Shown here: positions 37,394 to 45,854 of the stretch, in pieces
Numbering within the stretch: position 1 is the stretch's first letter
How the letters are laid out: each line of letters opens with the position of its first letter
DNA from: a virus
Reading direction: 5' to 3' (one strand)
DNA: 64,000 nucleotides
Virus record (IMG/VR): IMGVR_UViG_3300032307_000370
Span: 63,726-127,725 of that record
Made by a program: the position numbers and the translations under genes
The notes under the pieces: generated by a model
Database searches by the model: none
What the model was told of the DNA's origin: nothing
The model's input: only the letters and a program-made list of their open reading frames with translations

Positions 37394-39748
37394 ATGAAAA
37401 AGAAAAGAATAAACGAAAGTAATTTACAAAATCAAGTTTGGTTACATTTTTATACCCAAGTTGAAAAAATTGGAACTATAGATTCTCAAAAAACGGATAA
37501 TGATAGAATCCATAATCTACTTAATGGTGCGTCAAAAACAGGAGGTAATGGATTGGGTAGACCTGAACACATTATAACAATTAATAAATATTTAAATTTA
37601 GTTTTGATTACCGAATTAAAAGGTGATACATCATTACATGGGGATGATAAAGATGATTTAAATAAAGTTAAATATGCGATTGATGGAGTTAAACATTATT
37701 CAAATGCTCTTTCTAAAGAATTTGATGTAATATCAATTGCTATTAGTGGTGATAGTATTGAAAATTCTAAAATAACTCATTTTTATCAACCAAAAAAAAG
37801 TGCGCAACCTATAAAAATACTTGGTAATAAACTTTTAGACATTGAATCATATATTGAATTTTACACAAAAAATGAGGTGGTAATATCTCAAGATTATGAA
37901 AAATTACGAAACTACGCTAATGAATTAAATTTGATGTTACATTCAAATAAAATATTGGAAAGTCAGAGAAGTCTTTTATTAAGTGCTATTTTAATGGGGT
38001 TGGATGTTGATGATTTTAAAGAAACTTATCAATTTATTAGTGATCCATCAAAATTATCTAAATTTTTACATTCTAATGTATGTGATTACATAAAAAAAGA
38101 AAGTGGGTTATCAAATGATAAAATAGATTTTGTTAATTCACAATTTAATTTTATTCTTAATGATGTTAGTTTGTGTACTAAACAAAATGTTTTAAAAAAT
38201 ATAATTTTAAATATAGATAAAAACATTAAAAGTTTTGTTGATACCTACAAATATAGGGATGTTTTGGGTGAGATTTATAATGTATTTTTAAGTTATTCAA
38301 ATTCAGATAAAGGGCTTGGAATTGTATTAACACCACCACACATTACTGAATTTGTTTGTGAATTAACACAAGTAAATTCAAAAAGTATAGTATTAGATAA
38401 TTGTACAGGAACAAGTGGGTTCCTCATTTCCTCAATGAAATATATGGTTGAAGATTGTAAAGGTGATGAGCAGAAAATTAAATACGTGAAAGAAAATCAA
38501 TTAGTAGGTGTTGAATACCAATCGCACATTTACGCTTTGGCGGTTTGTAATTTTATAATCCATAAATCATTTCCTAAAAATATTTTAAGTGGTTCTTGTT
38601 TTGATGAAAAAATAATTGATGAGGTTAGAGAAAAAAAACCAAACATTGGATTTTTAAATCCCCCTTATAAATCTGATAAAAAAAATGATATAGAAGAATT
38701 AGAATTTGTGTTAAACAATCTAAATAATTTACAAATTGGTGGAAAATGCGTTGCTTTATTACCGATGTCTTGTGCGGTGAGAGGAGATAAAAAAATACAA
38801 TTTTTAAAAGAAAAAATTTTGGAATCCCACACTTTAGAAGGGGTTTTATCTATGCCTGATGAGCTTTTTTACAACTCTAACGCTGGGGTAGTTTCATGTT
38901 TAATGATATTCACTTCAAACATACCTCATAATTTTGAAAAAGAAGTGTTTTTTGGTTATTATAAAGACGATGGATTTGTAAAACGAAAAAATTTAGGAAG
39001 AGTAGATTATTTTAATAGATGGGGAAAAATAAAAAATAATTGGATTAATAATTTTTTAAATAAAAAAGAAGAAAAAGGAGTTTCAGTAAAAAAATGTATA
39101 ACTAAAAATAGTGAATGGTCAGTTGAAAAATATTTAGTTACTGATTATGAAAGTTACACTAAAGATTTTTTTGAAAATGAATTACATGACTATTCAGCAT
39201 ATCTATTCAAAAGTAAAATATTAAATGGTGTTACCTCGGAAAAACTTTTAGAAGATGATATATCACTTTTTGAAAAAAGATGGGAACTTTATAAACTTAC
39301 TGATATTTTTACTATTACGGGGACTAAAACTACTAAACCGGATTTAATAAAAGATTTTGAATTTGGACCTTATCCTTATGTGACAACTCAGGCTAGTAAT
39401 AACGGTGTTGAAAAGTTTACTAATTATTTTACCGAATTAGGTGGTGTATTAACTATTGATAGTGCGGTTTTGGGTTATACTTCCTATCAGAAAGATAATT
39501 TTTTGGCATCAGATCACGTTGAAAAATTAACACCAAAATTTGATTTTAATATTTTCAGTATGTTTTTTTTAAAAACAATATTGAATTATGAACAATATAG
39601 GTTTAATTACGGTAGAAAAGCCAGTCAAACTAGGTTGAAAGAATTAAATATTTTTTTACCAACAAATGATCGTGGTGAGATTGATGTAGAATTTATGGAA
39701 AATTTTATAAAAACTTGCAACTACTCATTTAATCTAAAAAATATCTAA
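37394..39748 (+). CDS. Fused restriction-modification enzyme (BcgI-alpha-like REase + N6-adenine MTase + one TRD; Type IIG-like)
   Basis: PE...ELK nuclease motif; GIVLTPPH; motif I DNCTGTSGFL; NPPY; C-terminal HsdS-like TRD (WELYKLTDIF...YVTT..NNGV). Confidence 0.85.
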   Translation: MKKKRINESNLQNQVWLHFYTQVEKIGTIDSQKTDNDRIHNLLNGASKTGGNGLGRPEHIITINKYLNLVLITELKGDTSLHGDDKDDLNKVKYAIDGVKHYSNALSKEFDVISIAISGDSIENSKITHFYQPKKSAQPIKILGNKLLDIESYIEFYTKNEVVISQDYEKLRNYANELNLMLHSNKILESQRSLLLSAILMGLDVDDFKETYQFISDPSKLSKFLHSNVCDYIKKESGLSNDKIDFVNSQFNFILNDVSLCTKQNVLKNIILNIDKNIKSFVDTYKYRDVLGEIYNVFLSYSNSDKGLGIVLTPPHITEFVCELTQVNSKSIVLDNCTGTSGFLISSMKYMVEDCKGDEQKIKYVKENQLVGVEYQSHIYALAVCNFIIHKSFPKNILSGSCFDEKIIDEVREKKPNIGFLNPPYKSDKKNDIEELEFVLNNLNNLQIGGKCVALLPMSCAVRGDKKIQFLKEKILESHTLEGVLSMPDELFYNSNAGVVSCLMIFTSNIPHNFEKEVFFGYYKDDGFVKRKNLGRVDYFNRWGKIKNNWINNFLNKKEEKGVSVKKCITKNSEWSVEKYLVTDYESYTKDFFENELHDYSAYLFKSKILNGVTSEKLLEDDISLFEKRWELYKLTDIFTITGTKTTKPDLIKDFEFGPYPYVTTQASNNGVEKFTNYFTELGGVLTIDSAVLGYTSYQKDNFLASDHVEKLTPKFDFNIFSMFFLKTILNYEQYRFNYGRKASQTRLKELNIFLPTNDRGEIDVEFMENFIKTCNYSFNLKNI

Positions 39749-39767
39749 AAAATAGTATAATTACCTA

Positions 39768-39802
39768 AAAAAATTAGTACATATACCCAAAAAATTAGTA
39801 CA
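39768..39802. repeat. 14-bp direct repeat downstream of the R-M gene
   Basis: AAAAAATTAGTACA at 39768 and 39789 (period 21). Confidence 0.6.
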
Positions 39803-39819
39803 AGTTCTATTTTTTTGGT

Positions 39820-39827
39820 TATCTTTG
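39820..39827 (+). promoter_or_regulatory. Bacteroidota-type -7 element
   Basis: TATCTTTG upstream of the 39852-41144 unit. Confidence 0.55.
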
Positions 39828-39851
39828 TTGAAATAATTAAAACATAAAAAT

Positions 39852-40340
39852 ATGAAGTATTTACTCTTTGCTTATTATTCGGAAGGTGAAAAAACCGAAG
39901 AAGAAATTCACAAAATTGCGGAAGAATTGGCACCTATTGTTGATTCGGATGAAATAAAATATGTATATGGTCCATCACACGTAGTATTTAATTTTATTAC
40001 CGAAATGTCTTTAGAGGAATTGTCAATATATGTTGATATCGTCATTGAAGAGACAGGACCATTTAAGTATATTTTAATCCCAACCCCAAAACAAATTGCG
40101 TCAAACATGGATCCTGAACATTTAGAACATCTTATGCAAGTTAGAGGTGATAATGATGAGGGGGAAATATCGCCAAATTTCATAGAATTTCTAAAAGAAA
40201 GTTTTGCGGGAACAAACCCAAATGTTTGTTCTTTAACAATAGATGAGATCTTAGAAAAAATTAAACAAACTGGAGTTGGATCACTCTCCACACAAGAAAA
40301 AGAAAAATTAGATAATTATTCACAATCAATCCAAAATTAA
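39852..40340 (+). CDS. Hypothetical protein with DUF6576-like C-terminal helix pair
   Basis: IDEILEKIKQTGVGSLSTQEKEKL. Confidence 0.55.
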   Translation: MKYLLFAYYSEGEKTEEEIHKIAEELAPIVDSDEIKYVYGPSHVVFNFITEMSLEELSIYVDIVIEETGPFKYILIPTPKQIASNMDPEHLEHLMQVRGDNDEGEISPNFIEFLKESFAGTNPNVCSLTIDEILEKIKQTGVGSLSTQEKEKLDNYSQSIQN

Positions 40341-40343
40341 TTA

Positions 40344-41144
40344 ATGAAGGACAAAAACTTAGGAATACCCATTAACCAAGACGAAGTTTACCACTACCTT
40401 AAAGACATCAGAAAAATTAAAGTAATGACTCCCGACAGAGAGCGTGAGTTAGCGGTTAAAATGAAATCAAACGAGATTTCAGAAAGAGAGAGAAAACAAA
40501 TTGAGGAAGAACTTCTTACGGGTAACCTAAGATTTGTTATTACTGTTGCTAAACAGTATCAAAATCAAGGATTAGATCTACAAGATCTAATTGCCGAAGG
40601 AAATTACGGACTAATGAAGGCAATCAAGAATTTTGATTGGGGAAAAGACCTTAGATTTATATCATATGCGGTATGGTGGGTCAAACAATCAATCATCCAA
40701 TCCTTAAATGATAATGCTAGAACAATACGATTACCGGTAAATGTTGTTCAGGACCTTCATAGAGCTAAGAAAGAATTAGAACAATCCGGTAAGAAGTTAG
40801 AAGATAAGTTTTCCACTTTACCATCAATTATTGATTTAGATATGAGAATCAATGAAGAAGGGGATACCCTTATTGATATGATTGCTAATCAAGATGCGGA
40901 TGCTCCTGATGCCTCATTTCACACTAAAGACATTTTAAAAGAAAAGATGATGACTTTGTTGGATGTCTTGGATGATCGAGAAAAATCAATCATCGGTGAT
41001 TACTTTGGTTTGACAGGAACACCAAGAACTTTAGAAGACATCGGATCTGATTTTGGTTTAACAAAAGAACGAGTACGACAAATAAAAGAAAAAGCGTTGA
41101 GACGATTACGAAATGATAGTTCTGAATTATTTGATTATTTGTAA
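40344..41144 (+). CDS. RNA polymerase sigma factor, RpoD/SigA-like (no region 1.1)
   Basis: NLRFVITVAKQYQNQG; DLIAEGNYGL; RFISYAVWWVKQSI; TIRLPVN; TLEDIG..FGLTKERVRQIKEKALRRL. Confidence 0.93.
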   Translation: MKDKNLGIPINQDEVYHYLKDIRKIKVMTPDRERELAVKMKSNEISERERKQIEEELLTGNLRFVITVAKQYQNQGLDLQDLIAEGNYGLMKAIKNFDWGKDLRFISYAVWWVKQSIIQSLNDNARTIRLPVNVVQDLHRAKKELEQSGKKLEDKFSTLPSIIDLDMRINEEGDTLIDMIANQDADAPDASFHTKDILKEKMMTLLDVLDDREKSIIGDYFGLTGTPRTLEDIGSDFGLTKERVRQIKEKALRRLRNDSSELFDYL

Positions 41145-41145
41145 A

Positions 41146-41235
41146 ATGGGTTGAACCGAGATTACCCATACAACTCGGCGGAATGGGACACGAGGTTCCT
41201 GGGTGAAACTCCCCAATCTTATCTATATGGTAAGA
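41146..41235 (+). ncRNA. Candidate structured RNA (unassigned)
   Basis: About 50% GC non-coding island with several complementary blocks (ATGGGT/ACCCAT, CCGAG/CTCGG, TCTTATC/GGTAAGA). Confidence 0.4.
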
Positions 41236-41243
41236 TGAAACAC

Positions 41244-41273
41244 AACCCTCACTGGTACCGGTGGGGGTTTTTT
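41244..41273 (+). terminator. Intrinsic (probably bidirectional) terminator
   Basis: AACCCTCACTG-GTAC-CGGTGGGGGTT 11-bp stem plus T-run between convergent genes. Confidence 0.8.
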
Positions 41274-41721
41274 ATACCCATATAACTGTCTGCCAATCGG
41301 CGACTTTAAATGGATTTTCTTTTGATTCTCTAAAAACTGTAACAACCTTTAATGACCAAGACAAATCATCAGTTTGTATAGGATTGATTGCAATAGCAAT
41401 TTCCCACTTTAAAGATTTAACAACAAATCTCTTGTCTGTTCTTATTTCGTGGGATACTATTTTTTCTGCTATTTGATTTTTTGCTTTAAGTAAGATTTCT
41501 TTTATTTCAGAATTACTTATTTCTCTTTGATTATAATCGTAACTAAATTTACCGGTTAAATCCTCACCTCTACCCTCTAAATCAGGTCTAGTTCTTCTTG
41601 ACCACGAATGATTTAACCTGTCAACCTCAATTGAAAAATCAGAATTTACACTTACCGACATATTCCCGATAACTTTTTCAATTAATAAATGTTTCAATAT
41701 TGTATTCCTAAGTGATGACAT
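41272..41721 (-). CDS. Hypothetical protein
   Basis: 149 aa; minus-strand TATTTAT at 41728-41734. Confidence 0.6.
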   Translation of the reverse strand: MSSLRNTILKHLLIEKVIGNMSVSVNSDFSIEVDRLNHSWSRRTRPDLEGRGEDLTGKFSYDYNQREISNSEIKEILLKAKNQIAEKIVSHEIRTDKRFVVKSLKWEIAIAINPIQTDDLSWSLKVVTVFRESKENPFKVADWQTVIWV

Positions 41722-41771
41722 ATAATTATAAATACCTTATTATTGATATTTATAAACACATAACAATTATT

Positions 41772-42857
41772 ATGAAAGAAAAATTTTTACCTTGGTTTTT
41801 ATTATTTTGTGCCTTGGGACTATCGGCAACCGCGGCTTATTATAGTGTGGTAGGTCTATCAATAGTGTTTGTTGGAGTTGCAATACCTGTTATTATTATG
41901 GGTGGATTTTTAGAAGTATCTAAAATTGCGATTGCGACTTATTTACACGATAAATGGAAAGAAACATATGGAGCATTGAAAATTTACTTAACAATGGCAT
42001 TAATTATTTTGTCAGTCATTACATCTATTGGGATATACGGGTTATTAAGTACGGGGTTCCAATCAAACATTGCTAAATTGGAGATCAATGATAAAAAGAT
42101 CAAAAACATTGAAGTAAAAAAAGAACGATTTGAAGAAATCAAATTAGAATACACTAAAGAAAAAACTATCCTTGATAAGGACATCTCAAAGTTAAGGGAT
42201 GGTCTTTCAAGTAATACAACAACTCAAACGGTTGATAGACAAACAGGTCAAATTGTTACAAGAGCAAATAATGCTAATAGACAATCATTTGAAAGACAAT
42301 TAAAAACGGCTCAGGATAACAGAGATGTGATATCAGGTAAGATTGATTCGATGAATGATAGTATTACAAAGTTAGATATACAAATATTGGACATGGAATC
42401 TCAAGAGATTGAAGGTAATGAACTTGGAGCAATTAAATATGTGAGTGAATTGAGTGGATGGGGTCTTAATGAAGTGGCTAATTTATTTATATTGATTTTG
42501 ATCTTCGTATTTGACCCATTGGCGATCACTTTAGTTATTGCGACCAACCAAGCGTTTAAAGCAAATAGAAAACGTAAAGATGATGCGGAAATAGTTCCTG
42601 AAGAAAAGGTAGTTGAAATAATTAAAGAAGTTGAAAAAATAGTTGAGGTTCCTGTTGAAGTTATTAAAGAAGTTGAAAAAATAGTTGAGGTTCCTGTTGA
42701 AATAATTGTAGAAAAAGATAAGGTTGTTCCCGATTTTGAAGAATTGTTTGAATCGGATGATGTTTATATGGATACAGAAATAATTGAAGATACCACCACA
42801 ACTACGACCCAAGAAGGTCCTAAAGTATTAAGATACACTAAAAACAATGTTGGATGA
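41772..42857 (+). CDS. Multi-pass membrane / coiled-coil protein with EVEKIVEVP repeats
   Basis: Three N-terminal TM helices, a coiled coil, a C-terminal TM; probable start ATG 41772; TATTTAT at 41747-41753. Confidence 0.65.
   Translation: MKEKFLPWFLLFCALGLSATAAYYSVVGLSIVFVGVAIPVIIMGGFLEVSKIAIATYLHDKWKETYGALKIYLTMALIILSVITSIGIYGLLSTGFQSNIAKLEINDKKIKNIEVKKERFEEIKLEYTKEKTILDKDISKLRDGLSSNTTTQTVDRQTGQIVTRANNANRQSFERQLKTAQDNRDVISGKIDSMNDSITKLDIQILDMESQEIEGNELGAIKYVSELSGWGLNEVANLFILILIFVFDPLAITLVIATNQAFKANRKRKDDAEIVPEEKVVEIIKEVEKIVEVPVEVIKEVEKIVEVPVEIIVEKDKVVPDFEELFESDDVYMDTEIIEDTTTTTTQEGPKVLRYTKNNVG
42621..42701 (+). repeat. Perfect 39-bp direct repeat (period 42, 14 aa)
   Basis: attaaagaagttgaaaaaatagttgaggttcctgttgaa at 42621 and 42663. 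Confidence 0.9.
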
Positions 42858-43446
42858 ACTAACGAAATACGGGAACTTCCAATCGGAGGGGAGGAACGAA
42901 AACAAAAAACAAATTATCCTCACCAACACATCCCGAAACGTAAAGGATTATTTGCAATCACTAAAATATAGATATAACGGTAAATACGATAAAATACCAA
43001 ACTATATTGTAACTAGAGATGGTAAGATTTTACAGTTATTAGAGAATGATGAATACGGTAAATATAATGGTAATAAAAAAGTAGATGAGAATTCTATTAT
43101 TATTTCATTAGAGAATTTAGGTTGGTTAGAAAAAGAACCACTAAAAAATTCACACATTAATTGGATTGGGGATATTTATAATCAAAAGGTTTTTGAACGA
43201 AAATGGAGAGATTATTTCTTTTGGCAACCATATGTTGAGGAACAGTTAAAATTAACTGCTAAACTATGTCTTGAAATAACAAAAGAAACGTCAATCCCTT
43301 TAGTAAGTGTTGAACATAACACAAAAATAAATGGTGTTGAAAAAATTGAAGGTATTGTAACGAGAAGTAATTTTGATAGTGATTTTACTGATGTTACTCC
43401 GGCTTTTAATTTTGAATATTTTATAAAACAATTATACAATGAATAA
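42847..43446 (+). CDS. Amidase_2-like (N-acetylmuramoyl-L-alanine amidase fold), possibly degenerate
   Basis: YIVTRDGKILQL; NSIIISLEN; QLKLTAKL; EHN; DVTPAF. The first Zn-binding His position is Asn. Confidence 0.65.
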   Translation: MLDELTKYGNFQSEGRNENKKQIILTNTSRNVKDYLQSLKYRYNGKYDKIPNYIVTRDGKILQLLENDEYGKYNGNKKVDENSIIISLENLGWLEKEPLKNSHINWIGDIYNQKVFERKWRDYFFWQPYVEEQLKLTAKLCLEITKETSIPLVSVEHNTKINGVEKIEGIVTRSNFDSDFTDVTPAFNFEYFIKQLYNE

Positions 43447-44071
43447 CTACGACGAAATAAAAATGTTGGTTGAGGCTTCTAGACGAGCTTTATCTAAAAA
43501 ATTAAATGAAAGTCAGTCAACGGACATTCGTAAACAATATGGTTTATTAACGGAACAACCTGTTGAAGATCCTGAGGCGAGAATAAATATCATGAAAGAT
43601 ATTGAAGATAAAATTGAGGACGATACAGAATACGAAACCGCGGAAAACCCTGAAGATGATGAAAAAGAGTTTGATGATATAAAATCAGACAAAAAGAAGG
43701 CATATAGAATTTCTGGAGGCATAATGGTCATTCATAGTAAAGATACAAGTGATTTACAACTAACTACTGATGATAAACTTGCGTTTCAGGAAAGCATGGA
43801 TGAGTTCAAACAAGATGTTACTGAAATGGCAGATTTTAATAAATTAAATCTTTACCCAACAAATGTTGAGTGGTCAGGAAAAGTAACGGAATTGGACATT
43901 GAATTTTTCTTTTCAATTGGAGAAACAAATGGTGTGTATATTAATGGTACCATGATCAAACTTGATGATGAATTTAGTGAGATGACAACAAAATTAAAGT
44001 CGTATTATGATAAGTTCAAAACAAAATGGGCTAAAATTATATCAATGAGAAAAAAAGTTAGTGAGTCATGA
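43439..44071 (+). CDS. Acidic hypothetical protein (possible head component)
   Basis: 210 aa, coupled overlaps. Confidence 0.5.
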   Translation: MNNYDEIKMLVEASRRALSKKLNESQSTDIRKQYGLLTEQPVEDPEARINIMKDIEDKIEDDTEYETAENPEDDEKEFDDIKSDKKKAYRISGGIMVIHSKDTSDLQLTTDDKLAFQESMDEFKQDVTEMADFNKLNLYPTNVEWSGKVTELDIEFFFSIGETNGVYINGTMIKLDDEFSEMTTKLKSYYDKFKTKWAKIISMRKKVSES

Positions 44072-44421
44072 GAGAATTCTTAAGTAAAAATTTTAAATAC
44101 ATTATCACACCAATTTTAATTATATTAATTGGTGTAATGATTTATGACATCGCAAGTAAAGACAATGGAATGTCTAATGAAGATAAAAAAAGATTGGAAC
44201 AACTTGATAAAGATATTAATCACATGATTGAATATCAAAAACAATTAGATGTTAAAATTGAGATATACAATAAAGAAATTGAAAAAGTTGATTCTGTAAT
44301 TACAAACATAAAAATAAAAAAAGAAGTTGTTAATAACTACTACCAACAGAAAGGTGAAGAAATTAAAAACGCTGATGTTAAACAAATTGATAGTTTATTA
44401 CGATCAAGATACAAATTTTAA
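44068..44421 (+). CDS. N-terminal TM plus coiled coil (i-spanin-like)
   Basis: IITPILIILIGVMIY followed by a heptad coil; near the amidase. Confidence 0.4.
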   Translation: MREFLSKNFKYIITPILIILIGVMIYDIASKDNGMSNEDKKRLEQLDKDINHMIEYQKQLDVKIEIYNKEIEKVDSVITNIKIKKEVVNNYYQQKGEEIKNADVKQIDSLLRSRYKF

Positions 44422-44424
44422 AAT

Positions 44425-44823
44425 ATGAAAAACTTATTATTAATATTATTTTTTTCTGTGGTGTTTACCTCATTTGGTCAAGATACTACAGAAATTTGTT
44501 TACCATTTAGAGTTGGTAAACAAATCATGTTAGATTTAAATAGATTAGATTCCACAACAGCAGTCCTTAAATTATCTGAAGAGGAAAATGTACAGTTAAA
44601 TAAAAAGATTGTTTTATTGGAATCGGTTAATGATGTAATGGAGGAGAAAGTGAAGACGAGTGAATCCATAGTTCAAAAAACAAACGAGAAATTTCAAATA
44701 GTTGATAATATCAATAAAGATTTAACTTCGGAGAATAAGAAATTAAAAAGAAAAAATACAATCACTCAAATAGTTGCGGGAGTAATTATTGGGGTATTAA
44801 CCTATACTACAATATCTAATTAA
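44425..44823 (+). CDS. Signal peptide, coiled coil and C-terminal TM (spanin-like)
   Basis: MKNLLLILFFSVVFTSFG|Q...IVAGVIIGVLTY. Confidence 0.4.
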   Translation: MKNLLLILFFSVVFTSFGQDTTEICLPFRVGKQIMLDLNRLDSTTAVLKLSEEENVQLNKKIVLLESVNDVMEEKVKTSESIVQKTNEKFQIVDNINKDLTSENKKLKRKNTITQIVAGVIIGVLTYTTISN

Positions 44824-44824
44824 A

Positions 44825-45070
44825 ATGGCGTTAACTCAGGCGGATAAAAGGGAAATTGAAACACTTATTAAAAAAGAAATAAAAGATTTCTTGGGATCTT
44901 CTACTGCCAAACAATTTGAGGACAAATTAGTAGAAAGAATCTCAAAAGAGATGAAAAAAGGTAAGTTGGAAAAAGATGTTAAAGAATTAATAATTAAATC
45001 ATTTAGGGAATTTTATACCATAATGTACCAGCAAAGAAGTTTTTGGGAATCTAAATTTAAGAGTTCATAA
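44825..45070 (+). CDS. Hypothetical protein
   Basis: 81 aa, helical and charged. Confidence 0.55.
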   Translation: MALTQADKREIETLIKKEIKDFLGSSTAKQFEDKLVERISKEMKKGKLEKDVKELIIKSFREFYTIMYQQRSFWESKFKSS

Positions 45071-45831
45071 TGGATTTAATTAATTTATTTAATAAAGAAT
45101 ATAATAAAAATGCTACCGATTTGGGAGTTACTGGAACCGAATTGGCTAAACAGAGAAAAAATTTCCAACCAATGGCAGAAGAAGAAAAGAAGAAAAAAAC
45201 AAAACCACAGGATTACCTTAAAGATAAGAGTGATTTAAAAGATATTTTATTATTAGTAAAAAACAAAAAATTATCCGCTAATAAAATAAAAGTTGAATTA
45301 AAAAAAATGTTAGAGGAACCTGAAGATCTTAATGATTTTCTTAATTCATTATTGAAAGTAACAAAAGGTAAAAAAGAGGAACCTAAAGAAATGGGGGCGG
45401 TATCAGCCGGAGCATATTCAGGTCAACTTTTTTCCTCTAAAGAAATGAAAGAAGAGAAATATTGTGAAAAATGTAAAAACATAGAAAAAAATTGTACTTG
45501 TAATAGACCTAAAAAGGTTGAAACAAAAGAAGGTACTAGTACCTCATCATCAGGTCAATACTCAACTCCCAAGATGTGGGCGAAGTCAACTAGTAAAAAA
45601 GATTGGGGACCAAGCCGTAAAACACAATTACCTGGAGGTAAGTTTGTTCAAGTTAAGAAAAAGTGTAAAAAATTTCCTTATTGTAATCAGGGCGATATTA
45701 ACGCACTTAAAATCTTTGAAAATGAAGGGTTAAAGAAGGTAATATCAAATATAAGTGAATCTTATGGTCTCACAGAGAGTTATATTAGAAACATAATTTA
45801 TTTGGAGATGGAAAAATTGAATAAACATTGA
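45070..45831 (+). CDS. Lys-rich hypothetical protein with Cys clusters
   Basis: CEKC..CTC and CKKFPYC. Confidence 0.55.
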   Translation: MDLINLFNKEYNKNATDLGVTGTELAKQRKNFQPMAEEEKKKKTKPQDYLKDKSDLKDILLLVKNKKLSANKIKVELKKMLEEPEDLNDFLNSLLKVTKGKKEEPKEMGAVSAGAYSGQLFSSKEMKEEKYCEKCKNIEKNCTCNRPKKVETKEGTSTSSSGQYSTPKMWAKSTSKKDWGPSRKTQLPGGKFVQVKKKCKKFPYCNQGDINALKIFENEGLKKVISNISESYGLTESYIRNIIYLEMEKLNKH

Positions 45832-45854
45832 TATTTATATAAAAAAACAAGAAA

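Noticed and set aside
37394-39748. Poly-A tracts as phase-variation switches in the R-M gene
   Set aside because: A8 runs are common throughout this AT-rich sequence and the frame is intact.
41146-41220. tRNA or HDV-like/theta ribozyme
   Set aside because: No cloverleaf or TTC-loop arm. An HDV-like register gives P1, P1.1 and P2 but P3 (GAG/ATA) does not pair, so it is kept only as an unassigned structured RNA.
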